From Atribacterota bacterium (GTDB lineage Bacteria; Atribacterota; Phoenicimicrobiia; Phoenicimicrobiales; Stramentimicrobiaceae): DNA of 64,000 nucleotides. A program made the position numbers and the translations under genes. Positions 9,758 through 20,394 of the stretch are shown here, piece by piece. Numbering within the stretch: position 1 is the stretch's first letter; each line of letters starts with the position of its first letter. The DNA lies in assembly GCA_040767965.1 (NCBI GenBank), contig JAXGNR010000009.1:37955-101954 (forward strand), written 5' to 3'. The notes under the pieces are model-generated. The model was given only the letters and a program-made list of their open reading frames with translations. It had not been told where the DNA came from and made no database searches.

Positions 9758-11965
9758 TGAAATTAAGTAAAAAACTGGTTTCTGTTAGCATGTTTTTATT
9801 GATTTTATTATTTCTGTCGAGCTGCGGAATTATACCGCAAACACCTGAAGGAAAGATTTCCGGCCGGGTACTGATTCCCCTATTTGAAATGTCTAAGGAT
9901 GTTAGCGGATGGATTCCCACAGCCAATGCCGTAGTCACTATTGTTGATGCTTCTGGAGTAACCCATACAACAACTACTGATGAGGAAGGTTATTATAATT
10001 TTGAAGATATTACAGTCAATCCAAATACAGTTATTACTGCATCAGTCACTGTAGATGAAAATATTGTCATACTTAAAAATGTAATACCCCATGCAGTCAC
10101 AGCAGGTGAAGACTATAATGCCGGTGAAATGACTCCTGAATCAACAGCATTGGCTCTGGTGGTAGAAGAACTCCTGGCAGAAGGCATGGATCCGGAAGAT
10201 ATTGACCATGAAGAGATAGAATCAAATGATAATTTTTCAGATTTAGTAGAAAAAATTACTGAAGTACTAGAAGAGGGAGGAGATGTAACTACAGATCCTG
10301 ATATTGTTGATATAATAAACGACATTATCAACCCACCTGTACCTCCCTTCGCCACCATCACCTTCTCCAACTACAAAATTACCGATCTATAACCAGACTC
10401 AGAAGACATATCATGATACTATCCAGAAGGCGATCGATGCATCCGGTAGTGGTGATATCATTATTGTCTCTAAAGGAACTATATAATGAAAACATTGTTA
10501 TTGATAACAAAAACATAACCCTGAAAGCTCCGACCCTGCAGATTCCGTTGTTGTGGCTGCCACCATCATAGACGGACAGGACTTGAATTCGGTGATAAAG
10601 ATCCTAAACGGAGACAAATCAAACCTGGAGGGATTTACCATCCAGAATGGAAATGAACCTGATTATGGAGGTGGGGGTATCTTTATCCGGCAGTTCTCCT
10701 GTGATCAGATACAACATTATTGGGGATAATATTGATGATGATATTGACACAGGGAATTTTGGAGATTGTGGTGGTGGAATTGGTGTTGTTGAATATAGTG
10801 AAACACCACATATTTATGAAAACATTATTATTGGCAACTCAGCAGACTATGGCGGCGGAATGTATATAGATTATGGTTCTCCTCTTGTTGAAAATAATAC
10901 GATTAAAGAAAATACCAGTAAGTACGACGGCGGAGGAATTACAGTGTTTTTCAGCAAGGAAGAGGAATATTGCCCAACCATCAGGGATAATACTATTGAA
11001 TATAATGTGGCAGATAATGGTGGTGGAATTGCTGTGGATGATTTAGGGATGCTATAATTGAAAATAACGGAATCAACAACAACGAAGCAATTTTTGGTGG
11101 AGGGATTTATGTTTATTACAAAGCTGATGCAGATATAAAAGGAAATAATATTATTGAAAACAATAAGGCAGGATATGATGGTGGAGGTATTTATATTGAT
11201 TCAGATGGCATCATCACTATTACCTCAAATACTATCAATAACAATGTAGCAAATATTGCTTCAGGTTCTTACTCCGGTGGAGGAATTTATGTGAATGAAA
11301 CATTCATGGCGACAACTCCCACAATTGGGGGTACGACGGGAATTGATACTGATAATTTTAACATTATCTGTGGTAACAGCCCTGACCAGGTGGATCCTGA
11401 TGATTATCCTAATAATTATTATTATACAATTGGCGATACAGGACCTGCTGGTGGGATCATCTTCTATATTGATGAAGCGAGACAGTTTGATTGGACTTAT
11501 CTTGAATGTGCACCCTATGGCTGGTATGATGGAGGAGAGGATCCAATACTGGCTTGGGGACCATGGGATGGAACCTCGGGATCACCTGGAGATGGTGTAG
11601 GAACAGGGATTTATGATTATGAATCGGATCTTGGGCTGGGGGAGGCAAATACCACCCTCATTCTTGCTGAAACTGGAACATTCCCAGCTGCTGAAGCAGC
11701 AGCTGCATATACAGGTGGTAGCCAAACAGACTGGTTTCTGCCCTCGAAATCTGAATTGAGTCTGATGTATTCCAATCTGTATCTGGCAGGATTGGGAGGA
11801 TTTTCTGATGATTCCACTAATCCACAAGATTTCTATTGGTCTTCTGCAGAAACTTCTCCTAACTCGGAATGGAAATTAGCTTGGACTAATTGTTTTGCAA
11901 GTGCAGGGCTTGGAGGATTCGATAAGACTTTGTCTTTTCGTGTTAGACCAATCCGAGCTTTTTAG
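9758..11965 (+). pseudogene. Large surface lipoprotein (beta-helix repeats, DUF1566-like C-terminus), multiply frameshifted
   Basis: Lipoprotein signal MKLSKKLVSVSMFLLILLFLSSCG; repeated GGGI beta-helix-type motifs; C-terminal DWFLPSKSELSLMY resembles DUF1566; reading frame changes at least three times. Confidence 0.6.
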
Positions 11966-11992
11966 CGATTATTGTTTAATAGCATAAGAAAA

Positions 11993-12036
11993 AGAGAAGG
12001 GAAGATATGATTATCTCTTACTTCCCTTCCCTTTTC
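11993..12036 (+). terminator. Putative intrinsic terminator
   Basis: AAGGGAAG / CTTCCCTT stem followed by a T-rich tract after the lipoprotein remnant. Confidence 0.4.
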
Positions 12037-12212
12037 CTATGCTATATTCTTTTTATTCATTTCAAATTTTCTTTTTTGGTTAGTGCAATTATAGATGTTT
12101 TAGCAAGTTTAAGATAATTTAAAAAATGCAAATATAGAAACGAAGAAAAATGCAATGTATTTTTTCCTCACTACAATGATATAATGGAAAAAAATAAAAA
12201 AGGCAGGTATTT

Positions 12213-12569
12213 ATGGAAAGAGAAAAAATTAATCAGGAAAAGTTGATTGTATTATGGACTAGTGCTGATAAAGAAGTAGCATTGAATATGGTTTTTATGT
12301 ATACGCTGAATTCTAAAAAGAGACAATGGTGGAAAGAAGTTGACTTAATCGTGTGGGGTCCTTCAGCAAAGTTATTAACTGAAGACAAGGAATTACAAGA
12401 TTATATCTTAAGAATGAAAGAAGAAGGCGTTATATTAGAAGCCTGTAAAACCTGTGCTGACAATTATGGTGTAGCCAGACAGCTGGAAGAATTGGGAATT
12501 GATGTGAAATTAATGGGAATGCCCTTGACCGAATATCTGAAACAGGGATATCGGGTTATAACTTTCTAA
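12213..12569 (+). CDS. DsrE/DsrF-like family protein
   Basis: 118 aa; small alpha/beta protein with conserved Cys (EACKTCADNYG) typical of DsrE-like proteins. Confidence 0.55.
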   Translation: MEREKINQEKLIVLWTSADKEVALNMVFMYTLNSKKRQWWKEVDLIVWGPSAKLLTEDKELQDYILRMKEEGVILEACKTCADNYGVARQLEELGIDVKLMGMPLTEYLKQGYRVITF

Positions 12570-13084
12570 TACTACTTATTCATTATTTGATCTAAAAACT
12601 TAATAGAGAGATTAACTTCTAGCCCCTAATTAATATTACAACAGATGAAAAACCATATGGTAGTCATATTGCTGCTGAATATTTAGAAGCTGTAAGAATA
12701 GACAGATATATAAAAATATAAGGTGTCATTTTGGATTTTCACTATCCTAATATTATCCCATTTGCATCGATACACTTTATAATAACTTTTAAGAAGTATG
12801 AAGTATAGTAAGAAATAAATAAATTTCAGCAAATCATTGATAATGAAGATTATAAAAAATATAACAAAATTATTGATTCAGTAACCTATGCGGATATTAC
12901 TTTTGTAATAGGACTTGCAATATTTTTTCTCATTCTCTCTAAAAAGAAATTATCAAATTAAATTAAATAGCCTTTTATATATAATCGCTTTTTATTTTTA
13001 CTTGTAAATATATATAATTTCTCCTATTTTGAAACAGGAAGAGTATTCACAAATTGTTGGTATGAACTGTCTTTTTTCGTTTTT

Positions 13085-13113
13085 TTGACATTGATTTGTA
13101 ATGGAATTATAAT
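13085..13113 (+). promoter_or_regulatory. Sigma-70-type promoter (TTGACA, 17-nt spacer, TATAAT)
   Basis: Exact consensus hexamers at 13085-13090 and 13108-13113, about 180 nt upstream of the radical SAM gene. Confidence 0.5.
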
Positions 13114-13291
13114 ATAGTACAAAATAAACCACTACAAAGTAATCCTTACAAAAATTTCTAGCCAATAAATAAATCAGAAACAGAGCAATCATCAAAAATC
13201 CCAGGAATTCTTATTTTTAAAATAAGATTTTTGGAACTGTTTTTTGAAAAAAGTTATCTTGAGCTGTCAGGATAATGAAGGAGGTTCTGTA

Positions 13292-14797
13292 ATGAAAGTT
13301 TTATTTGTTTATCCTGCTTATCCGGAGACTTTCTGGAGTTACAAATATGCTCTCAGGTTTGTTTCTAAAAAAGCAGGTTTGCCACCATTAGGGCTATTAA
13401 CTGTAGCTGCCTTGCTTCCATCCTGGTGGGAGAAAAAATTAATTGATCTTTCTGCTGGAGATATACTGGAAGATAAAGATATCCAATGGGCAGATTATGT
13501 TTTTATCGGTGCCATGTCTGTTCAGAGAAAAACTGCCAGTGAGTTGATTAAAAGATGTAAACAGCTGGAAGCAACAATTGTGGCAGGAGGTCCCCTTTTT
13601 ACAACTTCTCCTCAAGATTTTGAGCAGGTTGATTATCTGATTTTAAATGAAGCAGAAATTACCCTTCCAGAATTTCTGAAGGATTTAAAAGAAGGTCATC
13701 CCAGAAGAATTTACTCCACTAATAAAAAAGCAGATTTAAACGATTCACCCATTCCTGCCTGGGAATTAGTTGATAATTTAAGAAAGTACAATACTTTGTG
13801 TTTTCAATATTCCCGAGGGTGCCCCTTTAATTGTGATTTTTGTGATGTTACCCTGCTTTTCGGTCATAAAGTAAGAACAAAATCTGTTCAACAACTTATT
13901 AAAGAATTGGATAAACTTTATCAGCTGGGTTGGCGGGAGGGTGTTTTTGTAGTTGATGATAACTTCATTGCCAATAAACAAAAATTAAGAGATGAGATCT
14001 TACCAGGATTAATTCAATGGAATAAAGAGAAGAAATATTGTTTTTCTTTTGGAACACAAGCCTCAATTAACATTGCTGATGAGGAAGATCTGATGGTAAT
14101 GATGACTGATGCAGGATTTAGCTCGGTATTTATAGGAATAGAGACACCTCATGAAGAGAGTCTGCAGGAATGCCATAAAAGTCAGAACAGAAATAGGAAT
14201 CTTATTGAATCTATTCATAAAGTGCAGCAGCATGGAATGCAGGTCACAGGAGGTTTTATCGTGGGGTTTGACCACGATCCTCCTCATATCTTTGATGAGA
14301 TGATTCATTTTATTCAAAAAAGCGGGATTGTGACTGCAATGGTCGGATTGCTGAATGCACCGATCGGAACCAGATTGTATCATCGTTTAATGAAAGAAAA
14401 ACGTTTTTTAAGATATTCCACTGGAAGCAATACTGATTTTACCATCAATTTTATACCAAAAATGGATTATCAGGAATTATTAAAAGGATATCAAAAAATA
14501 CTCTGCACCATTTATTCTCCAAAGTATTATTATAAAAGAGTTTTGTTTCTTATTAAAAATTTAGATATTAAAAATTTCCAGATTAAGGCCAGCCGTTTTC
14601 GCTGGATTTATCTGATGGCCTTCTTCAGATCGATCTGGCATTTGGGAATAAAAGAAAGAGGCAGAATATATTACTGGAAAACATTTTTCTGGACACTTTT
14701 TTACAGGCCTAAGCTTTTTCCAATAGCAATCAGCTATTCTATAACAGGATTTCATTTTCGTAAGATATTCAATTTAGATAACAAAAAAATGGCTTAG
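13292..14797 (+). CDS. B12-binding radical SAM protein with DUF4070-like C-terminus
   Basis: CPFNCDFC radical SAM motif; N-terminal cobalamin-binding-like domain; GGAGG RBS 8 nt before ATG 13292 (ORF track start 13244 probably too far upstream). Confidence 0.85.
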   Translation: MKVLFVYPAYPETFWSYKYALRFVSKKAGLPPLGLLTVAALLPSWWEKKLIDLSAGDILEDKDIQWADYVFIGAMSVQRKTASELIKRCKQLEATIVAGGPLFTTSPQDFEQVDYLILNEAEITLPEFLKDLKEGHPRRIYSTNKKADLNDSPIPAWELVDNLRKYNTLCFQYSRGCPFNCDFCDVTLLFGHKVRTKSVQQLIKELDKLYQLGWREGVFVVDDNFIANKQKLRDEILPGLIQWNKEKKYCFSFGTQASINIADEEDLMVMMTDAGFSSVFIGIETPHEESLQECHKSQNRNRNLIESIHKVQQHGMQVTGGFIVGFDHDPPHIFDEMIHFIQKSGIVTAMVGLLNAPIGTRLYHRLMKEKRFLRYSTGSNTDFTINFIPKMDYQELLKGYQKILCTIYSPKYYYKRVLFLIKNLDIKNFQIKASRFRWIYLMAFFRSIWHLGIKERGRIYYWKTFFWTLFYRPKLFPIAISYSITGFHFRKIFNLDNKKMA

Positions 14798-15062
14798 AAA
14801 GAGATTATCAAATTATATTCAGCTGAAACCTGTTTTTCCTGCTCTTATTATTTATGTTACCCAATTTATATATCTATGAAGTAAATATTAGTATATTATT
14901 GTTCAAAATAAATTATTTTATATCATATTCTTTCTACTTTTTCTTATAAAAAATGCAATAATCAAAAAGTCAAAGATAAAAATAAAATTGACCTTTCAAA
15001 ACATGAAGATATAAAATAAGCATAGAAAAGGAAAAAATTTTCGCATAAAAGGAGAAAATGAA

Positions 15063-15878
15063 ATGGTGAAAGTAGCAGTTGTGCAGATCAGCTCAGCTGG
15101 GACGGCTAAAGAAAGCCTAAATAATATGATATTCAATATTGAAGAAGCTGCAAGAAAAAGTAAAGATCTGGATGTTATTGTGTTTCCAGAATATTGTTAT
15201 TATCATCCAACAAATAGTTCAGAATCTGATAAAAACGGAGAATATGTTCCAGGTGCTTTTACAGAGAAAATTAGTGAGCTTGCCAGGAGATATCAGGTAA
15301 ATATTATTCCAGGAAGCTTTGTAGAAAAAGAGAAGAGCGGTAAGGTTTACAATACGAGCGTTTTTATTAATAGAGAAGGTAAGATTCTCGGGAAATATCA
15401 AAAAATCCATCTTTTTGATGCAATTAATATTAAAGAATCCGATAAAGTAAAAGCGGGAGAAAAAATATGTGTCATTGAGACGGATATTGGGAAAATAGGG
15501 ATAATGGTTTGTTATGATCTGCGTTTTCCAGAACTTGCAAGAAGTATGGTTTTAAAAGGAGCAGATATTTTATTTGTGCCATCAGATTTTCCTACAGGAA
15601 GCGTTCTTCCTCCAAGAACTGATCATTGGGATATCTTAGTAAGAAGTACTGCTTTGTATAATTTAACTTATGTGGTAGCAGCTAATCAATATGGTATGCT
15701 GCATGGGAGTTATCCCTTCGGACGTTCCTGTATAGTTGACCCTTGGGGAACAGTTATTTCATCAGCAAGTGGAAGAAATGAAATAATATTTGCCAACCTT
15801 GATATGGATTATCAAAAAGAAGTCAGAGAAAGTGTTGCAACCTGGTCAAACAGAAAACCGGAAATTTATGAATTATAG
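15063..15878 (+). CDS. Carbon-nitrogen hydrolase (nitrilase superfamily)
   Basis: 271 aa; VFPEY, catalytic-Cys context MVCYDLRFPE. Confidence 0.85.
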   Translation: MVKVAVVQISSAGTAKESLNNMIFNIEEAARKSKDLDVIVFPEYCYYHPTNSSESDKNGEYVPGAFTEKISELARRYQVNIIPGSFVEKEKSGKVYNTSVFINREGKILGKYQKIHLFDAINIKESDKVKAGEKICVIETDIGKIGIMVCYDLRFPELARSMVLKGADILFVPSDFPTGSVLPPRTDHWDILVRSTALYNLTYVVAANQYGMLHGSYPFGRSCIVDPWGTVISSASGRNEIIFANLDMDYQKEVRESVATWSNRKPEIYEL

Positions 15879-15907
15879 AAATCAGATATAATTCATAAAG
15901 AAGAAAA

Positions 15908-16624
15908 ATGAATAAAATGAATAATTTGATTGATAGAATTAAAGAAGCATTAATCGAAAACATTGAAGAAAAAACCAAAGCAAATGCGCAGCGGTTTTTT
16001 AAAGAACAGGTTAAAGTATATGGTGTTAAAACAGCAATATGTACGAAAATAGCCAATCAATTCTGGCCAGAAGTAAAGGTTTTGAAAAAGGCAGAAATTT
16101 TTCAGGTATGTGAAAATCTTTTGGCTTCAGATTATTGTGAGGAAGCATATATTGTAAGCTCCTGGCTTCCACGAATTTCTAACCAGTTTGAAAGCAATGA
16201 CTGGATTATGTTTAAGGGATGGATTGAGAAATATATCAACAATTGGGCGAAGTGTGACAGTTTTTGTAACCATACAATTGGAGATTTTTTGATGAAGTTT
16301 CCGGAATTTATTACTAGATTAAAAGAATGGACTTTATCAGATAATCGCTGGATAAAAAGAGCGGCAGCTGTGTCCCTTATTATACCAGCCAGAAATGGAT
16401 ATTTTTTAACTGAAATTTTTACTATCTGTGATCAATTATTAATTGATAAGGACGATCTGGTACAGAAAGGCTATGGATGGCTACTTAAAGTGACCGGTGA
16501 AATTTATCAAAAAGAAGTATTTACATATGTTTTGCAGAACAAGGAAAAGATGCCCCGGACCGCGTTAAGATATGCGATTGAAAAGATGCCGGAGGAAATG
16601 CGAAAAGAGGCAATGAAAAAATAA
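15908..16624 (+). CDS. DNA alkylation repair protein (AlkC/AlkD-like HEAT-repeat family)
   Basis: 238 aa; helical repeat protein with AQRFFKE and WIKRAAAVSLI segments typical of this family. Confidence 0.65.
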   Translation: MNKMNNLIDRIKEALIENIEEKTKANAQRFFKEQVKVYGVKTAICTKIANQFWPEVKVLKKAEIFQVCENLLASDYCEEAYIVSSWLPRISNQFESNDWIMFKGWIEKYINNWAKCDSFCNHTIGDFLMKFPEFITRLKEWTLSDNRWIKRAAAVSLIIPARNGYFLTEIFTICDQLLIDKDDLVQKGYGWLLKVTGEIYQKEVFTYVLQNKEKMPRTALRYAIEKMPEEMRKEAMKK

Positions 16625-16771
16625 TCTATTTGCAATTAATTAGTACGGCAATTAGTGCATGTTTAGGACAAATTATTGAATGGGAAAAATTAAATAAAAC
16701 TATTTTTACCATGTGGTTTATTAGGTTATTGAAATTTGGTATAAACTGGAAATGTATATGGAGAAATAATT

Positions 16772-17218
16772 ATGAAAGCAGAATTAATTGCTCCTTGTGG
16801 AATGAATTGCAGATTGTGTATAGCCTATCAGTTTATGAAAAAAGATTTAAACAAACAGGGATTTCATAAAAAATATTGTCCAGGATGCATACCCAGAGGA
16901 AAAAATTGTACCCATATGGGTGACCGCTGCGAACTGCTGAGGAAAGGAAGTATTCGGTTTTGCTATGATTGTCAGGAATTTCCCTGCAAAAGATTAAAGT
17001 CACTGGATAAAAGGTATCGTACAAAATATCATATGAGTATGATAGAAAATCTTGAATTTATAAGAGACCATAGCTTGGAGAAATTTCTGGAAAAGGAAGA
17101 GCATAAGTGGAAATGTCCACAGTGTGGCGAAGTGATATGCTGTCACAATGGATTATGTCTAAATTGCGAGTTTGATATATTTCTTCATAATAAAAAATAC
17201 CGATGGAATGAGAAGTAA
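16772..17218 (+). CDS. Cys-rich DUF3795-like protein
   Basis: 148 aa; CGMNCRLC, CPGC and CPQCGEVICC cysteine clusters. Confidence 0.55.
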   Translation: MKAELIAPCGMNCRLCIAYQFMKKDLNKQGFHKKYCPGCIPRGKNCTHMGDRCELLRKGSIRFCYDCQEFPCKRLKSLDKRYRTKYHMSMIENLEFIRDHSLEKFLEKEEHKWKCPQCGEVICCHNGLCLNCEFDIFLHNKKYRWNEK

Positions 17219-17220
17219 AG

Positions 17221-17421
17221 GTGCCTTATAGTCTTTCCAAAGGAATGCCAGGTATGGATTCTATTGTTGAATCTATTCTAGTTGACCAGCCAGATTTTGA
17301 TCAATCTGAAAAACTGAAGATAGAAATAGAAAAGAAAGTACTAGAATTTATCAATATTATTGCATCTTTCTTAAACAAAATAGATAAACCAGCTAAAGCG
17401 TTTAAAGCGTGCCGATATTAA
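17221..17421 (+). CDS. Hypothetical small protein
   Basis: 66-aa ORF with GTG start directly after the DUF3795 gene; no recognisable motif. Confidence 0.25.
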   Translation: MPYSLSKGMPGMDSIVESILVDQPDFDQSEKLKIEIEKKVLEFINIIASFLNKIDKPAKAFKACRY

Positions 17422-17627
17422 TTGATAAAAAATAAGGGATATGTTATTATATAAAAAATTTTGAAAAATTTATTGTAAAGATGTAAAAAAATGTATTTAT
17501 AGTTATTGAATAAAAATTAATTAAAAATCCGGATAAATTGTTACTTGCAGATTTTTAACTTTGCAATGAATTTTTTATAATAAAAATAAACTAAGCTGAA
17601 AAATATTGTTAAAAAATAAAATATAAT

Positions 17628-17667
17628 AGGTTACAATTGAAAAGATTCATTGTAACCTATTTTTTTG
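17628..17667 (+). terminator. Hairpin plus T-tract upstream of hflX (terminator or attenuator)
   Basis: GGTTACAAT / ATTGTAACC 9-bp stem followed by TTTTTTT. Confidence 0.35.
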
Positions 17668-17717
17668 TGGTTATTTTTACATATTCTGGATTATCATTAA
17701 GGAGAGATGGAATAATT

Positions 17718-18977
17718 ATGTTAAGAAAAGAAAAAGCCTTTTTAATAGGAGCAAATATAAATAGACAATACCACTTTGATGAGTCAATGAATGAACTTAA
17801 GAATTTAGCTCTTGCCTGTAATTACAAAGTGGTTGGACAGGCTGAGCAGAATTTAAAAGAGATTAATAATACTTTTTATATAGGTTCCGGGAAATTAGAG
17901 GAAATAAAATGCTATGCTGATGATGCAGAGGCAGACTTATTAATTTTTAATAATGAATTATCACCATCTCAGCTTAGAAATCTGGTTAAGGGATTGAAAT
18001 ACAAGATTATGGACAGGACTTCTCTAATATTAGAAATATTTGCCCGAAGAGCAAAAACAAGAGAAGCCAAACTTCAAGTAGAGCTTGCTAGAATGCAGTA
18101 TATGCTTCCGAGATTAATAGGACTTAATGAATCTATGGCACAGCAAACTGGCGGAGTAGGAACTACCACCAGAGGGGCAGGAGAAAAAGCCTTAGAGTTA
18201 GACCGGAGACAACTGGAGAGAAAAATATATGAATTGAATAAGGAATTAGAATCAATCAGCAATGAGCGTAAAATACAGCGAAAAAAAAGAAATAAAAGTA
18301 AATTGCCTACAGTTGCCCTGGTAGGTTATACTAATTCAGGAAAGTCTACCTTGATGAATACCTTGCTAGATTTAGCCAGAAAACCTTCAACTCAAAAAGT
18401 TCTGGAAAAAGATATGCTGTTTGCTACTCTTGATACTTCTGTAAGAAAGATATCTTTACCAGGTAGCAGGGATTTCCTGTTGTCAGATACGGTAGGTTTT
18501 GTTAATAATCTGCCACACAGCCTGGTTAAAGCTTTCCGTTCAACATTGGAGGAAGTAGTAACCGCAGATGTCCTGCTTCACATTGTTGATGTTTCAGATC
18601 CTGACTATGAACAGCAGGTTAAAGTTACTGATAAGACCTTACAGGAAATTGGAGCTGAAAATACTCCTGTGATATATGTTTTTAATAAAATCGATTTAAA
18701 CCCTGATTATAACACCCATATGAATGTTAATAATAAAGTATTTATCTCTGCCAGAGGGAAAATCGGACTGGAATATTTACTGGATCGGATTAACAGAGAA
18801 TTGTTTAAAGAATATATTGAATGCCAGATGTTTATTCCTTATAATCAGGGTAATTTATTGTCTTATTTAAATGAAAATACTTTCATAAAATCAGCAGTTC
18901 ATGAAAATAAAGGTACTTTATTAAGTTTAGAATGCAGAGAAAGCGATTACAATCGATTAAAGCAATTTATCTGTTAG
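17718..18977 (+). CDS. hflX: GTPase HflX
   Basis: G-motifs (GYTNSGKSTL, DTVGF, NKID); ATG 17718 with RBS AAGGAGAG preferred over the TTG at 17637. Confidence 0.85.
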   Translation: MLRKEKAFLIGANINRQYHFDESMNELKNLALACNYKVVGQAEQNLKEINNTFYIGSGKLEEIKCYADDAEADLLIFNNELSPSQLRNLVKGLKYKIMDRTSLILEIFARRAKTREAKLQVELARMQYMLPRLIGLNESMAQQTGGVGTTTRGAGEKALELDRRQLERKIYELNKELESISNERKIQRKKRNKSKLPTVALVGYTNSGKSTLMNTLLDLARKPSTQKVLEKDMLFATLDTSVRKISLPGSRDFLLSDTVGFVNNLPHSLVKAFRSTLEEVVTADVLLHIVDVSDPDYEQQVKVTDKTLQEIGAENTPVIYVFNKIDLNPDYNTHMNVNNKVFISARGKIGLEYLLDRINRELFKEYIECQMFIPYNQGNLLSYLNENTFIKSAVHENKGTLLSLECRESDYNRLKQFIC

Positions 18978-19021
18978 TTTTTCTTAATAGAATAAGTTAA
19001 GAGTTAGTATTGAGAGAAAAA

Positions 19022-19552
19022 ATGGAATATTCTATAGCTAAAATTCAAGCTCATGATTGGGAACAAATCAGAGAAATTTATTTAGAAGGCATAAAAACTG
19101 GTAATGCCACCTTTGAAAATACAGCTCCCAGCTGGGAAGACTGGCATGCTAATCATGTAAAATCATGTCGGCTGGCAGCTAAGAACGGACAAGAAATTTA
19201 TGGTTGGGCAGCCTTAAGTCCTTTTTCCAAAAGAAGTGTTTATTCAGGAGTAGCAGAAATAAGTATTTATATTAGAAAAAATCTGCAGAGAAAAGGAATC
19301 GGGAAAGCTTTACTAAAAGAGCTGATAAAAAAGTCTGAAGAAAGTGGATTCTGGACTTTACAGGCTAGTATTTTCCCTGAGAATAAATCCAGTATAATAC
19401 TTCATGAAAAATGTGGATTTAGAGTGGTTGGCACCAGAGAAAAGATTGGGAAGATGAATAATGGCTTATGGAGAGATGTTGTTTTAATGGAAAGAAGAAG
19501 CAGGCAAAAAGAGGTCAGTAGTATAGGTGAAAATATATGTCTAAAATTATAA
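19022..19552 (+). CDS. GNAT family N-acetyltransferase (phosphinothricin acetyltransferase-like)
   Basis: QRKGIGKALL acetyl-CoA binding motif. Confidence 0.8.
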   Translation: MEYSIAKIQAHDWEQIREIYLEGIKTGNATFENTAPSWEDWHANHVKSCRLAAKNGQEIYGWAALSPFSKRSVYSGVAEISIYIRKNLQRKGIGKALLKELIKKSEESGFWTLQASIFPENKSSIILHEKCGFRVVGTREKIGKMNNGLWRDVVLMERRSRQKEVSSIGENICLKL

Positions 19553-20076
19553 ATCAAAACAAATTCTTTACCCTTACTTTAATTGTTATTTTATTAGTAA
19601 CTTTGACAGGTTGTGGTTCGGTTGAAAAAGAACCTCAAACAAACACAACCGATACCGGGATTTCTCTAAATGAGAATGAGCTGAACAACAATGAAGAAAA
19701 CAAGTAATCTGATATTAATATTAATCACGTAGCAGTTATTAAAGGATCAAGTTACACCTCTAAAGAAGAAGTAGCTGTTTATCTGCATATATTCAAAATT
19801 CTTCCTCCCAACTATGTTACTAAAAGAGAGGCACAGGATCTGGGCTGGGATAATTCGAAAGGTAATTTGTGGGATGTCACTAACCGTAAATCTATTGGTG
19901 GTGATAGATTTTATAACAGGGAAGGGATTTTACCGGCCAAAGATGGACGTCTATATTATGAATGTGATATTAACTATTCGGGAGGATATCGTGGAGCCGA
20001 GCGCATTGTTTATTCTAATGACGGACTAATTTATTATACCGGTGATCATTATAACAGTTTTGAAAGACTATATTAG
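19537..20076 (+). pseudogene. Secreted barnase-like ribonuclease, in-frame TAA at 19705-19707
   Basis: Lipoprotein-type signal (LVTLTGCGS), then a stop, then in the same frame a domain matching barnase (PPNYVTKREAQDLGW...SIGGDRFYNREGILP...DINYSGGYRGAERIVYSNDGLIYYTGDHYNSF). Confidence 0.75.
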
Positions 20077-20084
20077 GAGAATAA

Positions 20085-20372
20085 ATGAAAGAAATTTGGT
20101 TAAATGGCGCAAAAATGACAGACCGGGAAAGCACGCATGCCTATCTTAAAAGAAAATTATCTTTACCTGATTACTATGGTAATAATTTAGATGCTCTCTG
20201 GGATTGCCTTTCTACTGATTTCTCACCAAAAAAAATAATTATATTTAATACAGAAAAATTAAGAGAAAACCTGGGTTCTTATGGGGAATTACTCATAAAT
20301 CTTTTACGTGAAATAGCCCGGGATAATGAGTTTATAAAGCTGATGGTTTATTTGCCATTTTCTAAACTGTGA
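20085..20372 (+). CDS. Barstar-like ribonuclease inhibitor
   Basis: LPDYYGNNLDALWDCL nearly identical to the barstar motif LPEYYGENLDALWDCL; 8 nt after the barnase ORF. Confidence 0.85.
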   Translation: MKEIWLNGAKMTDRESTHAYLKRKLSLPDYYGNNLDALWDCLSTDFSPKKIIIFNTEKLRENLGSYGELLINLLREIARDNEFIKLMVYLPFSKL

Positions 20373-20394
20373 AATAAATAAGGAGGGAATTAAA

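Noticed and set aside
13244-13291. Upstream start (MKKVILSCQDNEGGSV) for the radical SAM gene
   Set aside because: A strong GGAGG RBS sits 8 nt before ATG 13292; the upstream extension lacks an RBS and lies in the leader
17637-17717. TTG start at 17637 for hflX
   Set aside because: The extension would translate through the hairpin and T-run; ATG 17718 has a proper RBS
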